A stretch of DNA of 59,508 bases, filler included, from Platydemus manokwari (lineage: Eukaryota), in the NCBI GenBank assembly GCA_037951405.1. It is 5 parts of 5 records of this genome, joined end to end, with 100 filler letters (N's around TTAATTAATTAA, not from the genome) between each part and the next. Parts side by side here need not be neighbours in the genome. Positions count along the whole stretch, not along the records: positions 1 to 13,221 come from JBBMOY011794727.1; positions 13,322 to 24,267 come from JBBMOY011026635.1; positions 24,368 to 36,314 come from JBBMOY010378889.1; 2 more parts are not named here. The stretch is one strand, 5' to 3'. Below are positions 13,152 through 26,353 of this stretch, in pieces. The translations under genes and the position numbers were made by a program. Position 1 is the first letter of the stretch. Every line of letters starts with the position of its first letter. Under the pieces are notes generated by a model that searched no databases, was not told the DNA's origin, and saw only the letters and a program-made list of their open reading frames with translations.

Positions 13152-13221
13152 TAGTTATATTCAATATTTAGTTTTGATGTTAGTGCTTAATATGAGAAAT
13201 TAATAATAAATTGATATAACT

Positions 13222-13321
13222 NNNNNNNNNNNNNNNNNNNNNNNNNNNNNNNNNNNNNNNNNNNNTTAATTAATTAANNNNNNNNNNNNNNNNNNNNNNN
13301 NNNNNNNNNNNNNNNNNNNNN
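13222..13321. other. Artificial scaffold spacer N44-TTAATTAATTAA-N44
   Basis: Exactly 100 nt with a six-frame stop linker; identical at four sites. Confidence 0.97.
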
Positions 13322-14890
13322 TGTTTAAATGATTTGGTAAAACAAAAACTTTAAACAACTAAAAAACATGAATAACTTTTGACTCAGCCTAATAATTATG
13401 TTTATGCAATTCATTTAATGTTGATGAAGACATATTAAAACTAAAAGGTTTATGTAGGTTTCTGATTTAACGATTCGCAGATATTCCACCAGTGGTTCTA
13501 TGTAGCAGTACTTTCGACTCACTAGTATCCTATATGTATCTTGGAAAATACCCTTTAATTATTTGGATCACTTATCACTGGATATTAGGAACTTGCTGTG
13601 ATTGGATTTTGTTTTCTTACCACGATTTACCACACTTAAGCTATAAGAAAAATGTCTAGTTTTTCCTTATGTTTACCTGGGCAAAAGCACTGTGCAGTGA
13701 TGTATAAAATGTTAAAGATAAAATCTGGTTTACTTATAATCGATTTATTTGGAATCAAAGCCCTTTTCCAACAGATTTCCACACTGAGGGAGAGCAAAGT
13801 AGAGTGAAATGGACTTGGTTTAAAATTTACCAGTTTGGGAATTCATTGAATCAAATTGGGATTCTTTTTGTGGACTACCTGCTGGAGTTGACAAAGAACT
13901 GCCTAATCTTTGTAGTCCCATTTGTTTATCTGTTCATTTTCAGTAATTATTTTTATGGGATGTCCAACAACTTGAACCGAAGAAATCAATTTTAAATCTT
14001 TGAAATTCTCTCAATAATCTAATTTATCTTAAGCAATTATCATCTAAATAAATGCTCGTATTTTCTTATTAATTTTCGTTTTAATATATATTTGAACATA
14101 CATTATTTGAATAAATTCTCTCTTGATAATCTGTGGATTAAATAATGCGCCATATTAGAATCATTTTAATAAAAGTAATTCACGCCCATTGTTTAAATAA
14201 ATTACTTATTTAACAAGATTATTCGGTAGGAATACAAAATAGCAAAAAAATGAAATCCCAAGGAAAGATTTTCAGAATGCTTGTAAGTTTCAAATATGAA
14301 TTAAATTTTCTTTCAATTTCAAATCTTTACTATAAATTATTCAAAAATCCGATTTATATTCTTTATTCCGTTCTTTGGTTTCTGTGCCACATGATAATCA
14401 TTAGGAGGTACTGAAAAATTATTAGGTGTTTGGATTGGTAATTATTCTACTGAAAACTTGTTTTTTAGTTCAGTTATTACGCGTTTTTTAATAAGCACGA
14501 ATTAATTTTCAGATAATTATAATACTTAAAATCTATAATTAGATACCGATGATAATGTAATGAGATATCGACGATGAGTCATTGGGATATCGATAATGAA
14601 ATAAATTAAGTTAAATTATTAATCTATAGTTGCAAATAATGACGATTAATTCGTTCCTTATTAAATGCTGTTATAAGCCAGGATTTTTTATTGTCAAATT
14701 TTGTTGTTGTAAAAAATCATGAGTTGAAATAATTTAAAACATGTAATTTGATTACAAAGGTTGATAATTAAAAATAAAGACTACCAATAATTAATACAAG
14801 GATTTATAGAGATAATCGATTTATCTCACAAGCTGTACAATGAAATTGATCCAATGAAATGGATATCGATAGAATTAATTCTATTCTGTT

Positions 14891-16720
14891 CTAACCTAAC
14901 AAATCGGCTATTAAATTTATAACTGATGTTTGGCCGATGGTTTTCTGAAAAAATAACACCTGAATAAAATCGGGATTAATATTAATCATGTTTTGTAGTT
15001 GATTGGCCTCAGATGTTATTTTATTGTTGGGGTCAAATAATTTGCAAACACTTTTTATGTGATCCATACAACCATTGTGAACTTCTGGATCTAATTTCGA
15101 ATCTAAAAATGGAATTTTATTTCGAAAGATCAATCACCAATTACAAACCAATCAATCTCAGATCGACGAAGATCAATTGTTTGAGAACATACATCTCCGC
15201 TGGCATCAAATTGAGATTTGATAAGGTTTGATATAAGATAACACATTGGTTGATTTGATTCTGATACTTCATTATCAGTGGTGAATTGGCTATATTGAAT
15301 ACAAATGTTAATATTTTTATTGAGATATCTTTGTTATTATAATTATGTTTTGAAAGTTTTAATTAAATTTCAATACTTCTTTTATATCACGAACCAACTT
15401 ACCACAAATTCTGGTCATTAGAGAGCAATCGTAAAATGGTACATGAGATTCAAAGGCAGATAGAAGAAATAGTTGTGACCAATTGGTCTCTAATAATACT
15501 AAAATGGCTTTTTTAGAGAGTGGAAGCGATCGGATCCAATTGACCATACAAAACAATGATCGTGCAGCTATCTCAGAGAAGAATGTTTCCTGAAGTATAC
15601 CGATAACTGCAGTCGAGTCTTGCATCAAGATTGAATTATTTTTTTCAATTCTACCACTATCCGGATTGTCACACAATGAGGAAATCGAAAACGAGTTCTT
15701 CGACAATTTGTTGGTTACCAATTTGTTAGGAGAATGATTTTGATCAATAAATCTAATTTCTTCAAACGGTTTCAGAAAAGATGTGCTTGAATGAGATGGA
15801 ATGGATTTATCTAGTATACTGTTGGACAATTCTCTGAAGTACAAAGCTACTTTTCGGCGAACAGTTGAACTTCTTGGACCTCGTTCATGTTGCACAGCTA
15901 AAAACAAGTACAATATAATAATGTGTGTCAGTATTAACAATAATAATAATTATTAATATTATGAGTATGGAATAAAATGTCTAATAGTTAGCACAATAGT
16001 GTCGATAAACATCAATGCAGATATGTCAATACATGTTTGTCACCTCGATATTCATGTAACTGTGACGCGGACAGTGATTGATTTGATTACTTTTACCGTG
16101 TATCTACTGGTTGATAAATAGCATTACAGACCTGTCTATCAATAATTTCGCAGCCTCCAAAACACATTGGTAACACATCCAGTCATGCACAATAAAAAAT
16201 ATAATCAAAATAATACTCACCTTCCTTATTCATACCCGATTCTATGCATTTCTGTAATCGGCACGCGCGACATTGATTTCGGTGGGTTTTGTCAACTTTG
16301 CATAATCCTGTCCAGGAATTCCCCTTTGTTGATTTATTCTTGCATCCATATAGTCTGTTATGACGAATGGATCTCTACAAAATTTAAAACAAAACTTATT
16401 GAAGCTCCATTGGCATCATCATCGATCTCACCTTGAAAAATCCAGCACAGCTGTAAAAATAATTTCAAAGACAAAATATTTAAATCAATTCCTTACCCAT
16501 CACAAGCGTAAATTCCATAATGTTTTCCAGATGAATGATCATGACACACTTTGCAAGGCACATCCAACAATATTCGACCTGGACCGTTGTTCATGATATT
16601 AAGAAAATTGTGTACTTTCTCACTTGAATTCATACTGGTAGCAGTGCAAGAAATATTATTGGAAATCCAGTGATCTTCAGATGAAACTGGAGAACTTTTA
16701 ATATCGTTTAAAGATGTCAT
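14891..16720 (-). CDS. tll: Tailless/TLX orphan nuclear receptor (NR2E1/2), 6 exons, ~414 aa
   Basis: Exons 16720-16497, 16450-16432, 16374-16221, 15897-15403, 15289-15149, 15102-14891 (1245 nt, in frame). [60 protein letters not shown]; T-box [21 protein letters not shown]; [40 protein letters not shown]. Confidence 0.95.
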
Positions 16721-16755
16721 TGATGAAAGTTAGTGTATAGTGGTCATTTAACAGC

Positions 16756-16786
16756 TTATATAGCACAATTGCTTTTATCTCATTGG
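16756..16786 (-). promoter_or_regulatory. Putative tll core promoter (CCAAT and TATATAA)
   Basis: On the minus strand, CCAAT at 16786-16782 and TATATAA at 16762-16756 lie just upstream of the ATG at 16720. The AT-rich background makes this weak. Confidence 0.3.
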
Positions 16787-19439
16787 ATATTGATGGTGTC
16801 GCTATTCAACTAACAGACCAATAATGTTTTGCGAGGTTCATGTTAGCCTTAGTTCAGACTAGCATTTGAATGTCAATATGTATTATCATCATCAAATGAA
16901 ACATCATATTGTCACATCTGCATCCCATTTTACTTCATATCGAACTTCATAATTGACTCCTGATGTTCGCCGCACAAATATTTACCATCATTCCTCCAAC
17001 AGATGAAATGAAAGCTATTTATTCGTATTATTTTTTTTTGTTTATTATCTCTCGACATTGATGGGCCTATTGATGGATAAATATTATTTTTTAATCTATT
17101 ATTTAATCTATTATTTGAAATAAGGTTTGATTAGATAAATTTACATGTTAATTTGAAAGTTTTTATTGTTGTTTGAATGGATAACAGTAGGTCACAACTA
17201 TTATCTGAAAATTTGAAAACATAATTTTGCTCTAAAAATGATTCAAAACTCGATGTAAGAACACCTGATAAAGTAAGAATGAGAATTGGTTTGTTACGGC
17301 AATCTCGATAACCAAATTTCATAAACAATACAAGTTTTTGTTTTAAATTTTTATAATTTAATAAAATTACTCTGAAAACAATAGCTTTATTTTACTGAAC
17401 GATCTTGATAAATGCTCTGTGGGTGGCTCAAGACTAAAGTAAATAAACTAATGAGAATTGGGAAAATTCATAAGTAAGAGAGCTGGTTGAGAAGTTCAAT
17501 ATAATCGATATGCTATGATTTATCAATAATATCGATAAATAAATATACGAAACAAAATGGCTAAATAATAGATTGATGCACTCAAAGGGAAAATTGATAT
17601 TCGAGAAAAGAAAACTAAATATATTAATGGAAGGCTAATTTGTATTTCGATTTTGAAACGATTTTAAGAAATGTAATTAAAAATTAAAACAATCAAAGTA
17701 TCAAAAGAGACCCCAATTCTCATAATTTCTCTCACAAAATCGACCAATGTTTAACTCATTACTGTTCAGTTTTAGCTGAAAGAATACCTGAAATTCACAC
17801 AGCTCGACAGGCGCCTTGAGTTTCGGTTGAATGCAAAAAACAATTAAATATAATAACATCATGCAGGTGTACGCAACATAATCGAGTCAGTCATCTTGTG
17901 ATTAGCTTTATATTTTCAAGTCATCATGATGAATGACATCGGTGAGTATCATCACTAAATTGACCGTAGCAATTTTAGTAGTTCTGAGATTCTCTGGTGC
18001 TATGTTGGTGCTGTTTGTTTTAGTGGTCTTTGAAATCGATGATTGAAACTGTTATAGCGATGAATGCTGAGAAAATCAGCTGTCTCCGTAAAAGGTGTTT
18101 TGTCAATTGTATAAGTTAATTTTCAATCTTTATTTTCTTTTGTGCCCGTTAGTATTGATAATTCATTACTTATCATCATTCACGATATCGAGAGATTTCC
18201 TTCTCTATCTTTGAAGATTTCTTCGAGTATCTATTTGGGAAAATTGATAGAAACAGTAATAAATGTACAACTATCAAATATCTTATCTGTATTCGTCTAA
18301 CTATAATTAATCAAAACTCTGCAATAGAAACAATGATCAATATTAATAAAAAAATTCAATTTCTTCTCCCAGTCATTAATAAGCACATATTTGACAACAA
18401 CTCAAAAAGATAATAAAGCTAGGAATCGTGGAATTTGTTTGAGGAAGTTTTAGCATAACAACAAAAGATCTGAAAAATAAAACCAAAAGAAATTCAAAAC
18501 AATTACGGCACAATTTACGACAGTAATTTTATCAGGTCGAAAAATGACATCACCAACACAGATTATGATTTCGTAAAATAAATAGAAAATGAAAAATTAC
18601 CAGATTTCTATTAAATGGAAAATTAAACACAATCGTCACAACATTTTACAATTTTAAAGGAATTTACTCATTATAGTTTTAGCTCCAATCTGCATGTTTA
18701 AGGAAAAGCAAAAACCACACTCAAATTTGTCTGGCGATTTTTTTGATATTCAAATAAAATTCTGATGTCTCCAAATTATTTTATTTTCTGAAACCATCTG
18801 GGTAACATCCATGATTAAATAGATAAATCAATTATTACAAAATATCATGGAATTATATTCTTAGGAAGAAGTAATTATTATATCTAAGGATTTTAATTTT
18901 ATCATTTTATCGCATATATTATCTGGTCCATTGGCATTTCCTCCCCTAATATCTTTTGTAATTTAACTTTAAAATTGTTAAATGTACCTTGATGATTCTA
19001 TAATTTCTATCAATAATACTTGTTATATCAACTTTCTCTTGTAAAATCACACACAACATGGCCAAAATATTTGAAATGAGAGTTCTACTAAAAGTCATGA
19101 ATAATTAGTTTAACATCTTCGACAAAAATTCATGATAAATATTGATTGATTACAAGGAATATCACAGGTTGAAGAAACGTTTTTTATTAGAATTAAAAAT
19201 ATTTTGTCAAGACAAAGTCAGAATTCCGTTCATTAATATAATTTCTTACAAGTAACTTTAATAACGACAAAACCTAAGATGATTTTTTTACAAACACGAT
19301 TAATCCTTTTCTAATCACTCAACTCACTTTATACTTCACTTGGATAAATAATCTGGTAATTTATAAACAAATGATCAAGTTCGAAGTTTTGTAGGATAAG
19401 ATAAAATTTAAATTGAAGAAAAATTGTTTTTGCTGGCCA

Positions 19440-21602
19440 GTTCTGTTTTAACAGACTATCTTTTGGATTATGTACTGCTCCAGAGTTTAATGAACGATAT
19501 TCAAGAATTTTGTTTACAAGGGCGGTCTTATTTATCTGGACGATATTTTAGTGTATGGAAGAACAGTAGAGGAACACAATGAGAAGCTCGAAAAGGTATT
19601 CAGGTTGGTTAAATCATCAGGTTTGAAAATCAATCCCAAATAAAGTGCTTTTATCACTAGAAAATTGAATTTCCTGGATCATACGGTTAGTAAAGAAGGT
19701 ATAGAAACTAATAACGACAAAGCAAAGAAGATTAAGAAGGCAATTAAACAGGGTTGCATTACTCAGTTGAAGTCGTTCCTAGAAAATTGAATTTCCTAGG
19801 TCATACGGTTAGTGCAAAAGGTATAGAAAATAATAACGACAAAGTAAAGAAAATTAAGAAGGTAATTAAACCCGGTTGCATCATTCAGTTGAGGTCGCTT
19901 CTAGGATTGTGTAATTATTACAGATGATTTATCAAAGACTACGCATGAATTATTGTTCCGCTATATGCGACGATGACTGGAAGTGATAAGAAATTGGAGT
20001 GGACTATACAGCATGAAGAAAGTTTTGTAAACCTAAAGGAACAATTATGCACAGCTCCGATTTTGGCATTTGCGGACCCAAACAAAAAGATGATTTTAGA
20101 TACCTACGGTAGTTTTGGAGCGATTGCCGGCGTCCAATGCTATCTGGATGGCAATCGAAAAGAGAGAGTAGAACACTTAACAATCATGAAAAAGGTTATT
20201 GCGCGACAAAAAAGAAGCTTTTGGCAATCCACGAGTTCACTATGTATTTTAAACATTATCTAGGAAAAGGAATTTGTGTCTCGCACTGATCACAAAGCCT
20301 TGACATACATGAAGAAAACTTATCCGGATTAAATTTCGAACTTCAATATCGGAAGGAATCTGATCATGGAAATGCAGATGGACTCTCAAGAATAGGCGAA
20401 CCATTTTGTTCACAGTGCTTAACTCAGAACCAAGATGCTAAAGAAGGTAAGCCATAAAGTCATTTCATTAATATTGTCGAACATTCAATTGCAAATAATG
20501 ACAAACTAAGGAAGATTCAACAAGAAGATGTTGTCGTTGGTTCCATTAGAAAATGATTACAGGAAACGGAAACAGTGGTGAATTCAGCGATCAAGAAAAG
20601 CATATTTTAACAGTTTAGAGAAATATGAATTATTTGAAGATATGGTAGGATATAATGGTAATGGAAAGAAGCGAATTGTTGTACCAGAGGTTCATTCTCA
20701 GATAATGACTAGATGTCGTCATAAGTAGTTGTGCCATATCGGTAATAAGAAATTGGTCGATTACATTCAAAAAATTTACTTCTGGCCACATATGCCACGA
20801 AGCATCTAACACGAAGTACGAAATTGCGATATTTGTGCTAGACGGGAGGTATACACTGGACGGACTAAAGAAATTATGATTTCAGGGTAAGAGTTTGGTC
20901 CTCTGGAACAGATCGTTATTGATTTTGCACACTTTGGGGAATTTATGACTAAAACCAAATATCTATTAGTTATTGTTATATAGATATGGTGCTCCAAAAT
21001 CATTGCTCACTGATCGGGTAGAATCTTCAAGGGTAAGAAAATGAAGGAATTATCGACATGTTTTGGAATAAAGCAAGAATTTACTTCCCGATACAAACAT
21101 CAGATAAATGGCTTACCTCAAAGGATGATTGGGACGGTCAGAGACACGGTGGTAACAACAATGGCATCAGAGAAACAGGTTTGGGATAAATTAATACCTC
21201 AAATAGAATTCATCGTCAATGCAACATATCAAAGTTAAATTCAACATTCTCATTTTGAAATATTGTTTGGACGAAAAATTAATATGCATGAGTTATGACT
21301 AAATAAACCAAGCCACCAAGACAAGATCATCAAAGAAACGGGAAACCAGCTAAAACTACTAGCCACAAAATTAAGGAGATTCGATGCTAAAAAAGAGGTT
21401 GTAGAATTTTCGCTGTTGGAGAAGAAGTTTTAGAGTTGAAAGAATCACACAAGATAAAAAAGAACTGAGGTCGTTATGAAGGTTCTCACAGAATTTTGAA
21501 AATTTTAAAGCCACATCTAGTGCTTCTTGATTTCCAGGGACAGTCGAAACCTCAAAGAATTGAATGGCTAAAAAGGATCTCAAAACAACGGGAGAGGGAA
21601 GT
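19440..21602 (+). mobile_element. Degenerate Ty3/gypsy pol (RT-RNaseH-integrase) ending in a polypurine tract
   Basis: YLDDILVYG, FLGHTVS, FLGLCNYYR, LCTAPILAFADP..ILDT, RTDHKAL, HGNADGLSR, integrase HHCC remnant (CHIG..WP..VRNCDICA), core (HQINGLPQRMIGT..IEFIVNATYQ) and PPT GGGAGAGGGAA at ~21590-21600. Many stops. Confidence 0.92.
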
Positions 21603-24267
21603 TAGATAAAAATAAATTTTGTTTTAATATTGAAAGAACCGCGTGTGATTTTTAAATAAATAAATTTTAAAGGAAGTAACTGATGTTTTTATTAAAGAAA
21701 ATAGAATAATATTTCCCAAAAGGATATCATTACTTCATTAACATGGTTAAAGTTCTCAAAGAACATTTGACTTTTTTAAAACTACTTCTTCACTGAGCTC
21801 TTTTCCCACCTGAATTTGGTTGCAGTAGTTCCAAACACAGTTTATTTAAGGGCATTACAGATTCATATGAAAAATTTATCAAATCACACAACTGTATTAA
21901 TTTTAGTGCATTATCGTTTTACAATGAATTTTATTGATTTTCAGACATTATTATATTATGTCTGGTTTAAATGTTATATACTAGATTTAATTTATTCACG
22001 TAGCCTTTATTTCGGTACTACGAAGAGCGAATATAAGTGGAATTGTACCTCCGCGTCGTAGCCCTAGCAAACAATAAGCTATATCATCAAATTCCATCAA
22101 TATATACTAATGAAATCTCTTACACTTAACCAGCAAACCACAAAATTAAATACTACAACACCGATATTAAAACAATATTTTTTATTTACTGACTCTGGAA
22201 GATTTGGAGGTATATCTGGACAAGAATCAAACAACCCTCACTGGTAATTGGCGGTCTCTACATCTGTCTTTATACGTGAAATTTGTATTGTAATTTGTGT
22301 ATCACATTTTTATTTGATCTTTTATTTCTCAAGTTCCAATTGGATTTATTGATTTTGTGTGCTCGGAATTAGTCAGTCCCTATGTGTGTGCTACTGTGTA
22401 GTTATGTCCATTTTTCGAATTAGAACCTCCCATTTAGTTCCCTCTGATTGGTTGTTTGCTATGGCTGTGTGGTAGTGTATGCTAATATTAGAGTTCCAAA
22501 GTGCAAAAATAGTTTTTCCTTTGTCGTATAGGAACAAAACAAAATGTTAAATCAAGTAAATATTCCAATCATAACAGTTCTTATATTTATAAGGATGATC
22601 ATAGACATGATTTTTTGATGGTGTAAATTTAAGTTCTGATATGTTTAGCAATGCATTAATATTTTTTTTTATAAAATAAAAGAAAAATCTTAGAACATTT
22701 TTGCCGTTGTTTCTAATTTTTACTAAATAGTATCTTGACATACTTTGATGCATTTTTAAATAATAAATTTTTATAATATTTTAAAACTTCAGTTTATTTC
22801 AAACAACTAAAACTCTTCTTAGATATTTAAATCAAATATTCAAAATGTTTTAATGAATATAATTATTTAAAATATAGTTTTTTGAAATTCATTCATTAAA
22901 TTTAGAAATTTATTTAAGCACAACTTTTCTTAACTTCATCAATTTTAATTAGTGTAGATGATTAATAACAATAAAAGCCTCAATAGTAATTTTTTTACTA
23001 AATTAAAGCATTTATATAGAAATAATATTATTTTATGTCAGTGAATATTAATTAAAAACAACAGATCGTAAAATGTAAAATTGAATTTATTTCCAATAGA
23101 TTTGCTAAAAAAGTTGCTAAATATTATAATTAGAAATTACAAACAATTCTTATTCTAATTATTCGATTGTCAGTTAAAAGCAGATAAATAAAATAGATTA
23201 TTGAGAAACAGAAATGTTGAATTACCACTTATATTTTAGAAATTTACTCAAAACAATTAGAGTAAAAATATGTCCATTGAAATGTAAGTGGCTAAAAGAA
23301 AACACTAAAAGTCATTTAGAAATATATAATGCGCTACTTATCGTAATTTAATCAATCAAATTTTTATTTCTTATGACGATTTTCTCATATTGGTTTTGCA
23401 ATTATTATGGTGTGTACATGACAAACACAACTTCCTCCACCCGAAGTTAAAATAATCTTATCTGGTCGGATTCAGATCCTAAATATAAAAAGAAAGAAAA
23501 GGCAATGAAAAAAATGTAATCAAATCTAAGCCTTGTTGTTAAACTGAGTGATTGTGCAAACTTGAGATAACGATTGAAAAATTAAATGTGATTGTGAAAT
23601 TACGAGCAGTCTATTTTAAAAGGAATTTGAAATATTTTTGTATTGTAAAGAAAAGTTGACATTCATTTTATTGTAGATTTATGATAAAGACAAATAAATT
23701 GTATTATCACATTCTTGATATTGATTTATTTTGTTTATAATATTTAAGAGCACACACCCACCGGATTCACATTGCGCTTCAACTGGTAGTATCGAGCTTA
23801 CAATATAATAAGAAATAATAACCGCAATAACTCTAATAAAAATTTATTCATGGCTTATTAAAAATAGTTTCGATAATTGAGCTAAAGTTCTATAATGGAA
23901 TATATTTGTGCTTTTGGATGCATGTAGCAATTACTTATATACTAAGGAATGTACACGTGTCTTATTATTGTATTTTTATAATTGAAATTATTCACTTATA
24001 ATTTTAATTAAATATTTTTAGCACCTATCTGCTTTATTTAGTAACACGTTAGTATTTTGCGATTAAATTTATTTTCAGTAAAAAAAACCCCATTGTTTTA
24101 GTAAGATTTGATTTTGTTTTAATGAGAATCATAATATTTGAGATTTAAACAAAGCCTCGTTAAAAAATTATCTGGTTACTGAAAAAAATGGGGATCTTAT
24201 CGGTTATATGGGCGCAAATTTAAGTATGACTATTAATTATATAATATATCAATAACTTAATATCAAT

Positions 24268-24367
24268 NNNNNNNNNNNNNNNNNNNNNNNNNNNNNNNNN
24301 NNNNNNNNNNNTTAATTAATTAANNNNNNNNNNNNNNNNNNNNNNNNNNNNNNNNNNNNNNNNNNNN
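24268..24367. other. Artificial scaffold spacer N44-TTAATTAATTAA-N44
   Basis: Same 100-nt linker. Confidence 0.97.
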
Positions 24368-26353
24368 GTTTTTAATTAATAAAATTGTGAAAATCCTAAT
24401 CATGAATTCTTTTGATTCAACACAAGCAACAAACGAAGTCGCTGTTACTAACAAATAATATTATCCATTTATAAACTTATCATTATATCATAAAATTTAT
24501 TTATTATTCCTACCGCAAGGGGTCTCAACATTCGTTTACAAAAATAGCTTTTGTGTTCATTCATTCTGTTTTAAATATGATTTTTGTCCCATCACTTTTA
24601 TTCAATAAATTTTGACATTCACGTCACTTTATCTATCGATTAAATCTTGCTATTGTTAAAATAAACAAGAAAGAAAGTCATAAAATCTCATCAAAACCTA
24701 TAACTTATATTGAGTATTTGTATAAATAGACAATAATAAAAGTGCTCCAAGTGACATTAACGCAAGTCAATTATAATAAGTACTTACAAAAGCTTGGCAA
24801 GCTACAGAAACATACAAATTACCTTTGATGATTGATATTAAAATTAATAAGAGAGAAAAATCAATAAAATAATAATCAGATAAAGCAGTGGGAGATACAG
24901 AAAATAATAATTGCAACATTTTAAGAATGAAAATCAAAAAATAATGATATGTGCGCAAAAATAAAATAATAATTACGAAACTAATAATGGCCTCACTATT
25001 TGGTAGTAAAGAAAATAATTAAGTGTTAATATGCCAACGTTGTGAAATAACATAGAAACAATACCGAAAGACATGGATAGCATCATAGCAAAACAAGAGA
25101 CAACTCATCATAATCAATCACAACAAATCACAACATACAGAAAGTTTCTTCGGATAGCAAAATATCGATGGCAGTGATTAAATTTGATCTGGTGATCTTC
25201 ATGTACTGTATTCAGTTCCAATTTTCTTAAATACAAATTTGAAGACTTTGGTGATTTTTTACAAAAACTTCTGATAGTAGCTTCCGTTGTTAGTTTCTTA
25301 GTATTCAGTATGTTATAAAAACCAGCAAAATAACCGCACAAACCATGGAGAAAATCCTCAATTAATCGATACGCACAGATTCTATTGCTTTGATCTGTCG
25401 TAACTTTTATGCGATTTTCTAATGGTTGTTATCTCTGTCTAATTTCTGGGTACTGATCCCGTTCATTGATTTGACCACTGTGAGTGTAATCCCGTAACTT
25501 GATTATTTGACGCTTTAGTTTCCTGTATAATATTGTGATCGCAAATTAAAATTTTAATGTCCAGCATTGGTAACATTACTATCGCATTAAGTTATTCGAT
25601 GTTATCGCGAGTAACACTTTCTAAAGATCGTTCAGATACAATTCCACCCTTTCCATAAAGATAATTTCATTAAAGCTCAATTTAAACAATTCATATAAAC
25701 TCTGTTTTTTGAGTTGTCAAGGGAATGGAACAAAAATATCATGGTTACGCAAATTATTTTTTGATAAATGAACATTGATGGCAAGACGGCTAATAGATTA
25801 AAAAATTAATTTTTCTATTTCACCAATTTAAAAATTACTCTATTATGAAGATAAATTCGAATAACAACTTAACGATTTAGAGATAAGACTTTATTGATTG
25901 TAATTGTTCATACAATGCGTTCTTGTTTAAATAATCTAACAGTAAAGATATTGTAACATGACATCATTTAGACATATTTTTTACAAAAATACAAATTCAT
26001 TCATGTACAACCTTGATACCGCGAGTGTGAAAACAAAATGCTAGCCATCGAAATAACACGAATAAAATAGTAAGCTGTTTTAATTGATTTGTAATATAGT
26101 GAATCACTGAATTTTATAAAGTTATTAAATGCACAATTATAATTGAAGAAAATAATCATTAAATATGAACTAATAATATCATATGTATATATTTGTGTAC
26201 AAAAACCTTTACACTAAAACAATTAATGACAATGAATTAAATAATAATTAAAAGGTGACATATTTGATAAAATCGAATAAATACAATAACATGAGCAATC
26301 AATGGAGAATAGTTTATTCACATAACAATCAAATTATCAAATCATATTCAAAT

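Noticed and set aside
13266-13277. TTAATTAATTAA as a biological motif
   Set aside because: It is always centred in exactly 100-nt N gaps, so it is an assembly linker.
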